A stretch of DNA of 64,000 nt from Flaccisagitta enflata (Eukaryota), in NCBI GenBank assembly GCA_965153355.1, contig OZ231126.1:9796001-9860000 (forward strand), written 5' to 3'. Numbering within the stretch: position 1 is the first letter of the stretch; each line of letters begins with the position of its first letter. Below are positions 27,491 through 37,800 of the stretch, in pieces. A program made the position numbers and the translations under genes. The notes beneath the pieces were generated by a model. It was not told the origin of the DNA and did not search any database. It saw only the letters and a list, made by a program, of their open reading frames with translations.

Positions 27491-28845
27491 ATCGTAACTT
27501 CGCCTCCGAAACATTTTAAAATTTTTAAATTTGGGGGGATAATAGAACCAAGTGTTCAAACCTCCAAGTTTAACGCAAAATATACGATAAATTTAAAATC
27601 TTAAAATCTCAAACCTTCGCCAAAAATCCACTCGAATTCAACGCTAACGTCCTAAATCGTTTTGTACAATACGCATTTCCCTGACAATTTTTGCCTATTC
27701 TTTATCGAATCACCTATCATCATTTCAACCGAATCATCTTCGTTTCAATCGAATTATCATCCTTTCAATCGAATTATCATCATTTCAACCGAATCATCTT
27801 CGTTTCGATCGAATTATCATCATTTCAATCGAATTATCTTCATTTCTACCAAATTATCTTCATTTCAATCGAATTACCTGTATTTCCAATTGAATTGTCC
27901 ATTCTTTGCCAAATCATCTGTACCATCGGTAAAGTCGCATGATCCGTAGTCATCACATCTAAATCGTCTCACAATCATCTGTGACTATAGCCCTTGAACT
28001 TATCTGCAACCACCTCTGACTGTATCCGTAATACGCCTTTATTTCTCGCACATTCGCTGCATAATCCCGTATTTCCAACAAAATTTACCTCATCTCTTGA
28101 AATTTTCCGTGACTTCACCCGCGCAAAATCGCCCCAAACCGTACGAAATCAAACAATTCTTTCTTCACTTTTGTCAAACTATCTTTCGCTAATCCGTTTC
28201 TACCTCTCTTCACTCTCTTTGTCGCTTCCTCTCTTCAACCATTCAACCACCAATTTCGCGCTATCGAGTTTAATCAACGAATTAACATCAATCGAATGCA
28301 TCAGAGACAGCAAGGAGGAGGAGTAGGTAAAAACAGATAAGTGGTGCAAAGTCGTCGCTCGTCGCCGCCCGTCGGGGTCGTTCTCCGTGGACAACGCCGT
28401 CGAATCGTCGAGAAACGCCGCCGCTCAATCAGAAACTCCGTCGCACTTCTCAAAGACACCGCCGTTCTTCGAGAAATTTCGCCGTCGTTCACCTCGGTGG
28501 TCGCCGTCGTTCGTCACGATAGTCGCCGTCGTTCGTCACAGTGGTCGCCGTCGTTCGCCGCAGTGGTCGCCGATAGCTGCCGTCGTTCTTCAACATCGAC
28601 GAACGAACTTTTGCCGCCGCCCACCCGTCCGCAACGAACTTTGCTCAGCGCTTCGCTCTAAACCGCCACCAGCGAAGCCGCCAACAACGAACGAAGATGG
28701 AGTCTGTAAGGTAGTGTTAAACCGAAAGAAGAAACCGATTATTGCCGCAGATTCATTCTGTCGCTGTTCCGTTCATATTTATTCAATCTTGCCATTGCTT
28801 AACATATGATTCTCCCCTCCAACGTGGGTTTGCTTTTAAGCTCTA

Positions 28846-31800
28846 ATGGAAGGGGATCCGTGGGATGGGATAAATAAGTTCCTATTAGCAGAAAGGAAAG
28901 AAATAGTAGAGAAGTTTGGTTTTTATTACGACAGGAGATATTGGTTTCTGGTCAAGCCCAGTACCATCAGATCAGGGTCCTTTTTTCCTCTGGGGGGATA
29001 TCGAAGTTTAGGACTGAAGAGCCGATTTGTCGCTCCGGGTGAGACAAAACTCGACAAAAAACCCTTTGATGAGCTTAAAAATTTCAGAAGTAGCCAAATT
29101 TTTGAAATAGCCTCAAAACCGCGTGACAGTTTGAACGGTCCCAACGTTCTTTACTGGGTATATGGTTTTTTTTCTTTTGTCCCAATTTTACGGCCATGCA
29201 AAATCTGTTTGAGGAGAAATGAAAGGAACTGTGATTGCGATACTTTGTTGGTCGCATTCATTGAAGAGTTTCAAGAAGTGGTAAGGCAGAAACAAAAAAA
29301 TATCCATGAGCCATTCACCTATGATTTGAGAAGAAATTTCAACCTTAGGGTAGCTGAGGGCTATGATAAGGAGATACTCCCGGGGCCAGAAAGGCTCACA
29401 GATTATTACTTAGAAGGGCCCCTCATCTTGTCAGACAATATTGCTACCAAAGACGGAAAGCTGATTCCCGCCAAACCGCAAAGCAGAGGAGTGATAGAGG
29501 CATTAAAATCAGTTTTCTCTCACAAAAATGCCCCTGACAGCTCATTCTCTCTGCCCGCAGATTCTTTTGACCGTAATCCAAACGCAAGCCTGTCTGTCAC
29601 ATTGACTAACGACTCCCTCAATGAATCCTCGTTAGCCACTGATTCTCACACCCCTCGCAAAAGCCTTTGTGACGAGATTCACGTGGCAAGTCCTCACCAC
29701 CCCGCAGGCAAACCCTTCACCCCTGACTTATCATCGCCAGATCAGTCAACCCTCACAGCCGATGATATCACAGTAGTCCAACTCCACTCAGACCCCACAC
29801 CCACTCCAGACCTAACCACCCAAACCTCTGATCCTCAATCAAACGAAGATCCTAACCTTCCCGTGAGCGATCCAGTTGAGCCGATCGATAATCCGTTCAA
29901 ATTGACCGGCCTGTCTGCCGACCCTCTGCCTGGTGTTTCAGATCTCGATCCTTCTGTTGATCCGCCCGAGAGTATAAGCACGATGTCCACCATTACCGAG
30001 AGCGTAGACACTGAGACGGGGCAGAAAGGGGAGAAAGAGGTTTGTTATCCAGCAGCGTATTTAGCCTTTTGCTTCTTCTGTAGCGAAGAGCGTATGTTTA
30101 AGTTGGGGCACTGTCCGAAGATGGGATGCGGGATGCCATTTCGCATGGTGCCAAGTCTAAAAACAGATGCAATTCTTGACATAGAACGCTATTCACCCCC
30201 CTTTCCTGCCCGCATGCTGAGTGAGAGTAATGATGAGAGAGAAAAATACGTCTGTCAGGCCCTCTTCAATTCCGATGAACTCAAATTTGAGAACGGATTG
30301 TACGTAGTAGGGAAGAATGCGAGTGACCCGCTCTTGATCAACGCTGCCCGAGTGTTAAGGAACAGGGGCAAGCCGGGTAACTTGGACTCATTTGATGTCA
30401 GTGGGTTAAGCTCAGATGATGTTGTAACGAAGGAAAAAACAAAATTTGTCATTCACAGCTTACAACATAACTTCAACAGACAAAGACTTAAAGAGTATGA
30501 CTCATACTTCAACCTAGACATCAAAATCCTCAACATGATTTGGAACAAAGGGTTCACAGAACTCGGGCCAGTGGGTGAACATGACCTGCCCAGGGGTGTG
30601 TATCTGAGTGAATTTAGGAACCAGGTGGAAAAGGAGCTCACCAAAGGACGAGAAGTCTTTACCAAAATTTTTGATACGGAAAAGTATGATCATGGGTTGG
30701 GCTTCAGATATTGTGCGCACAAGAATGAATTTTCTACCTTTGGGGAAGCCGGTTGGGAAGTAGTTGACAAAACAAAATTGTGGGACCAAAAAACAATCCC
30801 TTTCCTGAGATCATTCAACTGCGGCCCTCGAAGGCTTTATCTGAAACTGATTCTTGACAAGTTCAAAGATCACACACCTGAAGAGCTTGATAACATGGGC
30901 CTCGAACCTCGCAATATCGAACTGATTAGGTTAGAGATCCAAAAAGCACAAGAGATTGACGACAAAAAACTCGAGTTCATGAGACTAAACAAACTGACGC
31001 GCGAACTGGCGCCTATTGACGGAAACCACAAGACGTACGAGCAGTACTTCGAGGCAATACTTAGTAAACACTTGAACAAAAAAATCCTGCCCCCCACTGC
31101 CTCTAAGGCCGACAAAGAGAAAATGCCTGGAGAAAGTGCATATGAGGATTTCATTGACCCCGAAGACATCCACGACCTGCTCAATTTCAGTTATGGTTTT
31201 AGTGCCCAGACAGATAAAACAAGAAAGGCAATACTAAAAAGGGGTACGACCAAACACCGAAACTTGCCATTGACTCGCGATGCTCCAGCAGAAGATCACT
31301 ATGACATGACCGCCCTCGAAAAAAAGGCGCATGAGACCCTCACAGAATACAATAGGAGTCGGGGGGTCGACATAGATAGCATAAGAGAGATACGCGAAAA
31401 AAGAGACCCTTATCGTGAGCCAAAGAACACCTATCTTAAAATCCTTAATGACCATGCCGAGGCTGACCGAAAATCTAACCCCAAGCATTCAACCCCAATA
31501 AGAAAAACGGTCTCGATCGGAAAGCATGGCGATGACGATGACGGTGATGACGATGATAGCGATGACGATGACGATAAGAGATCTAATAAGGAAGATGGCA
31601 AATCTGACGATAGGGATAAGAAAACCCCAGATGACCGAGCAAAATTTGACAATGACTTGAACGACACAGTTAATCCCTTTTTCGCTCCCAAAGAGAGACC
31701 CACCTCTAGTAAGGGGCTGGATAGTAGTCGCGGAGAGACCGTTGGTGACCGCTTATTGAGACTGTCCGGTTCGACCGTTGAACAAACCAAACCTAAAGAA

Positions 31801-34800
31801 GGAGAAGATAAGCCTGATTTAGGACAAGGTCACCACACCAGCGATGACGATGAAGACGATGATCATGATCGCGGTGGTCGAGGCTCAGGTGATCGAGGCC
31901 GCGATGATCGAGGCCAAGATGACCGAGGCCGAGATGACCACGAGCGCGAGCATCGTAAACAATCATCGAGAGATAACCCAAGAGGGGGAAATGGAGGGGG
32001 CGGATATGATGGGGGAGGAGGTGGACATGGTGGGGATGGAGACAATGGGGGAAATGATCGAAGGGGAGGCCGAAAGCCTTGGGAAAAGGGAAACAGCTAC
32101 CCCTATGACTACTCCACCAACCCCACACCATCGCAAAAGGCCGAGCATCATGAATTGACCAAAAGGCTTAAGTTGCTCAGTAAGGATGCCCCAGAATTCT
32201 CACTCAAAGATGATCGGTCGTTCAGAAGCTTTTATTGTGAGTGGAGCTTTCATTTTAGGTTTTTCTTGAAATTGGATGAGGCATCGCTCGTGTACAAATT
32301 TTGCACCAGTTTTCGCGACAGCGAGTTGCGCTTTCAGGTGCAACAAATGAGCACTGCCCATCCAGGGATAAAGGTTAACGCGCTCGCCGCAAAAATTGGG
32401 GCAACATTAGGGTTAGAAAGTACACAACATTATGAGTGTCAGCTGCAAAGGGCAAGCAGAAGAAGGGGTGAACAGGTGGGACTGTGGGCATTCCGCTTGA
32501 CCGAACTCTACAACCACAGTCTTCCCGCCAAAAATTTTTACGAGTTTGTCCACACAGATTTGTACAGGCAACAATTATTTAATTTATTTTGTAGAGGTAT
32601 CAATAATAAATATTTAGTCCAGGAAATGTATAAAAATGAGATAACCGAAATTTTCGCGGGAGTCGCTTTTTGCCAAAATCTCATCGTCTCTGACCAAGTT
32701 TCAGAGGCAGCGGCCAATTTTGGGAAAACTAACAGCAGCCACTCTTTCTCTATGGCTGATGAGGTTAAGCTCCTTACGAGGAAAAATCGCGATTTCAGCG
32801 ATATAAACGCATTGGGATATACTGACAAAAAGGATTACAAAAAGAAAAAAAGAAATGACAATTGCTTTTTGTGCGGGTCAGACAAACATTGGGCGAAAGA
32901 TTGTGCCCTATCCAAATACAAAGATAGAAAAGATGAGGTTTCCTTTATCAAGGTAAAAAAATCACCAGCCGAATGGCGGAATGAAAAAAAGAGGAAAAGA
33001 GCGAAGGAGCGGGTAAACAATCTTAATCTTGAGGTTGTAGAGAAAAGTGACTCGGGGTCAGATAGCGAAGACTCTCAAGCATCGGAGGCAACGGACTACA
33101 GACCGACCGATAGCGAAGGTGAGGCCGAGACCGGAGAGATCAACCATATCGGAGATAAAGCTAATGACTCTGGGTCAGAGAGTGAGAGCGATGAGATAGC
33201 ACACATGGTCAACGCTTTAAACAAAATGCTTGGCAGGAGAAAAGGCGGGAAGGCTGACGATAAAACCAACAAGCCGAAACACAAAAGCAACCGCATATTC
33301 ACTGACGGACCAAGCGACGTACCATGGGTGACTATCCAAGGATTAGCAGATTTTGTGGCCGATACAGGCTCTTCTTTGTCCCTCCTGCGTCCGCATGAAG
33401 TGCCCCCTTCGGCGAAAAAGATCAAAGTCGATGAGTCTATAGAAGGGGCAGATGGGGAGGTGATCAAATTGGAGAATAAAGTGGACCTGTACATTGATTG
33501 CACTAACAAGCAGTACAGATTGACAGACGATAACACAAAACCACTCATTTCGTTTTACATCTGTGCCGAGACAAAGTGTAACTTGCTCTCATACTTTGAC
33601 ATTGCCAAACTTGGAGTGATCATTAATGATGTTAATTTGGGGGGAAAGAGTGACGATGACAATGATTTCGATGACGATGATGAATGCGACATCGAAACAG
33701 TCACGTACACGATAGTAGACAAAACAGTCACGAAGACAGTCACAGCCACAGTCACTGCGAATGACAGCGGACATGACAGCGACGATGACAGTGACAGTGA
33801 GAGTGACAGCAAAAGTTCAAATCAAAATCATTTCGATCGTCTCCCTCAAAGAGAAAGATGGATAGCCAGACAGAAATCAAGACGGACAGTCAACATCATC
33901 GTCAATAACAGTGACAGTGACGATGACAGTGACGATGACAGTGACGATGACAGTGACGTCAGCAGTCAGTCGATCCGTACGCAATGTCCCTCTCTGGAAG
34001 GAAAACAGACGATCAGACAGACATCGAAACATACAACCAACCAAGATTCCTCACCCACTTACTTGACCGATCGCGGAGATCTTGATAAGCGTAATCTTGT
34101 CTCCCACTTGACTGATGTCGGCCGCCGAAATGCGCGGAAGACCGATCCGATGGTCATTAAAAGTGACCGACCACTGACGCCCGCGAATGACCGACCTCTT
34201 GAAAGAGATCGGAATGCCGACTCTCTCTTGCTTCCTCACCCACTATCTCTGACCGCAGCCCTGAAAAGCAAAGAAAAGATCGAGCATAAAGACATTAGAT
34301 CGGTCTCAAAAAGAGATGTAGTCAACCTAGTGAGTGGAATGTTGCCATTTGCCAAACTTCGTGTGTTTAACAAAAAAAATGCCCCTGTCACATCTGGCAT
34401 CTATTTGCAATGCCTCCTTGACAGCGGTTCAACCTTATGTTTGCTGTCAAAAAAATGGCTTGACAAGTCTGGGCTCACTTTCACCCCACTCCCTCACACC
34501 ATTCACGCGTCCTCTTTCACCGGCAATGATATCAACCTATTGCACAAAATTCAGGCCTATGTAGACTTTGGCACGGGGATCAAGAGACCAGTCACCTTTT
34601 TTATCTTTCAAGGTGACAGTAACTATGAGGGATTATTGGGGTATGACTGTCTGAAGCAAAATCATGTGACCCTCGATGCCGCCAATGACTCATTTTCCAT
34701 TGATGGCTTAGCCCACCCGGTGCACCGTTTTGACCTAGCTAATCAAATCAATGCTCTCCAGTCTGAATCGATCAACTTGGAGAAAATCCCCTTAGTGATT

Positions 34801-37800
34801 GAAAAGGGGGTATCGCTTCGCAGGGGTGATTCACTATTCCTGGGGGTAAAATTAGATCTATCCCAAGGAGGCACTGTCAGCTCGGGAGACGTGCTCTACA
34901 TAGAATTTCCCGAGGAGTATGAAAAGATGGGATTAAAGCCAACTGACCGGGTTGTTCAGATTTATCGCCTTAAGCTAAGGGGTGAAGTTTATGGGACGAA
35001 GGTATTTGTGGAATTCCCCAAAACAGCCGAAGTCGATATAATAAACTTACCCACTGACTCTCCTTTCGGCCACCTTTCTCCTTTATTGCCACCCGAACTC
35101 GAGGACGTTGCCAAAGTAAACGAGGCAAGGGTTCTCCACAATGTGTGTTTCGTTGAATCTGAAAGAGAAGCGGAAGAGTTGAGGGCTGGTAATCGGAAAA
35201 AGTGGCAGGCCCTTCATGACCTTTATTACGGGGCCAGTCCTGAGGAGTTGGCCGAATACTTATCAGCAAAAGGGCCAATCGACTTTAACTGCATTATCCT
35301 CTATCTCAAGAGAAGGCAACTATCTGCCGAGGAAAGGGAAGAGTTGAAGAAGGTTCGAAAGGAGAGAGCAGAATTTTGGACCTATGATGAGATTTTGACT
35401 CACTTTAAGGATCAAATTTCTAAAGTACCCGCTCAATTCAAACAAGACGTCATCAATTTGCTGTATGAAAGGAGGGGTGCCTTTGCGGGAAAATCCAGCC
35501 ACTTGAGGGTAGGGACAATAACCTGGTGTCTCGATGCTATTTATCCACGCGAATTGCAACTGCAAGTGCGTGCCAAACCCGTAAGCGGGCTGAAAAAGCT
35601 CATCACCAATCGCTTACAAAGGATAATGATGGATAGTGGGATCATTGAGCCGGCGAAGGGTAGGCCCGCAGCTTTACACAGGTTCCTTGTTGTACTAAAG
35701 CCTCAAGACAAAGTCAAAAAGCCAGTTGACAAGGCCTCTCTAGATGCCATGACAACGGCTGAGTTAGAAAAATGCTTTCGATGTGTCGTCGACTCGAGTA
35801 ACTTGTCATCTATGTTGTATAAGTCACCTCATCCCGACCCTCCCACCATTTTCCAAACATTGGGGAAAGTAGAATGCGACACTCTCAAAACTTGTGCTGA
35901 CCTCAAACGGGCATATGACCAAACCCGTGCTACAGAGGCTGCAAAGTTGTTGTTTGCATTTGAAACCCAGCTCGTTGGCATACCCCTTGCCGTTTTGAGT
36001 TCCATCCCCCAGGGTTGCCCGGAGGGATCTCGCATCAACCAACGCGTGAGTAGTCACGCGGTGGAGCGGCAAAATAACATACCTGCCAATCTCAGTTTTG
36101 ATGAGTTCAAGGTTGCGTATCGCAAACTTGACGATGACGAAATTGCTGCAGAAAAGCAATGTGCGTTGCGCCGGCGACGCGAAGAGAGAGCCCGGATGAT
36201 CGATCATCGAAGCGAAGGGAGAGAAAAGGATGATGAGGAGGAGTCCTCCTTCGAAAAGCAGGAGAATCGAGCGAAGAAGGAGAATTCCGAGGAAGGAGAG
36301 AAGAAGACGATCGGTCATCGGAAGTCGGTCAAGAGAGAGAGAGAGAGCGAGCATAATGGTATTGGTCGCGAGGTCTTTTTGGAGTCGCTCCAATTGCCAG
36401 TGACCACTGATCCTGACGCCCTCGATAACATGATTGTCAAAGGTTTGTCAACGGGCCCACCTGAGAAAAGGAGAAAGCTGATTTGTGAGAATTCAGCCCA
36501 TGTATACGCTGACGATATCATGGTGCAGTCTCCGACCGAAATTGACCGCATTAAAGAGCTTGAGATTGAGTCTAAAGCACTGCCCCGTCCTGCTCAAAAC
36601 GATAAGGAACTGCCTATCCTGCTACACTTGGCATTCCTCAATAGGGTACTATACTGCCTAGAGGAGGCCAATTTTTTGCTCAGTAGCACAAAAATCAACA
36701 TTCTGTGCCACCTGGAGGGTTTTGAGTACCTGGGCTTTAGCTTCAGGGGGAATATTATTTCCATAGCTCAAAAAACTATAAGTACTATCCAAGCCTTGCC
36801 AGACCCCAAAACCCTCAAGGAGACACAAAAAATCATCGGCATGACTGTCTATATAGGGCAGGTGATGCGCCATGGACGCATCATGACCGGTTTCCTCAGT
36901 GACAAGCTAAAGAAAGGCGTGACCTTCAAATTTACCGATGACGACAGGGAGAAATTCCAGAGGCTCAAAGACTTGTTATGTCAAGTTCATATGAAAGGGT
37001 ATCTTTACGCTTTAGACACCAATGTGAAAGACAAGACATTTATTTTGTACAGTGACTGGAGCTATGTAGTGCACAGCTCCAGTTCTTGCCTTCTTGTAAA
37101 ACTACACACCAAGGAGGGTACCACTGTCCTACCCGCTGTCTCTGACTCTCGCTCGCTCGTTGACTCTGTCCGCTCAAAAGGTTCGACCATCTGTGAGATG
37201 GCCGCCCTCGTAAGTTCACTCCAGCACCTTAGACCGATCCTCTTCCTTGCCCCGTTCATTTGCTACACCGACAACATTGCGCTCCAGTTCCTGATGAACC
37301 GGCGCTTTGCTACCAATGTGGCTTTGGACTCGACTGTGGCTCAGAGGCTGCTCCTATCGGTCAATGACCTATTCTTTCAATGTCGCTATGTGCCCTCTGA
37401 GCTACAACTCGCAGATGGACTGTCCAGGATCAAATTAGAGACAGGGAAGACCGTTGACCAACTCCTTACCAATTCAAATAAAATCACGGATTTCGACTAT
37501 GTCGAGCGTATGGTCAGACCAAACAAAGCGGACGAAAATGAGTCTCAGTTTCTAGAAAGGGCGGAAAGAAACATTGACATGATCCGCCGACTAGAGACCG
37601 AGGCCGGGGATACAAGGGGGGATTTGTACCAACTCTTCAGGAAAACCCACTTCAGTGTGAAAAACAAGGAAGTGCTCAGTCTGACCGACCGCCCGATCTC
37701 ACCTCTTGAAGAAGTTGACCCCCAGACCAAGCTTGAGACCGACGATAGTCCTCCACGGTCGATCGGTTTCTTTGATCAGGAAAATGAGGGCGGGCTAATG

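Noticed and set aside
34780-35100. dUTPase-like domain between PR2 and RT
   Set aside because: Beta-rich looking, but no dUTPase catalytic motifs recognisable.
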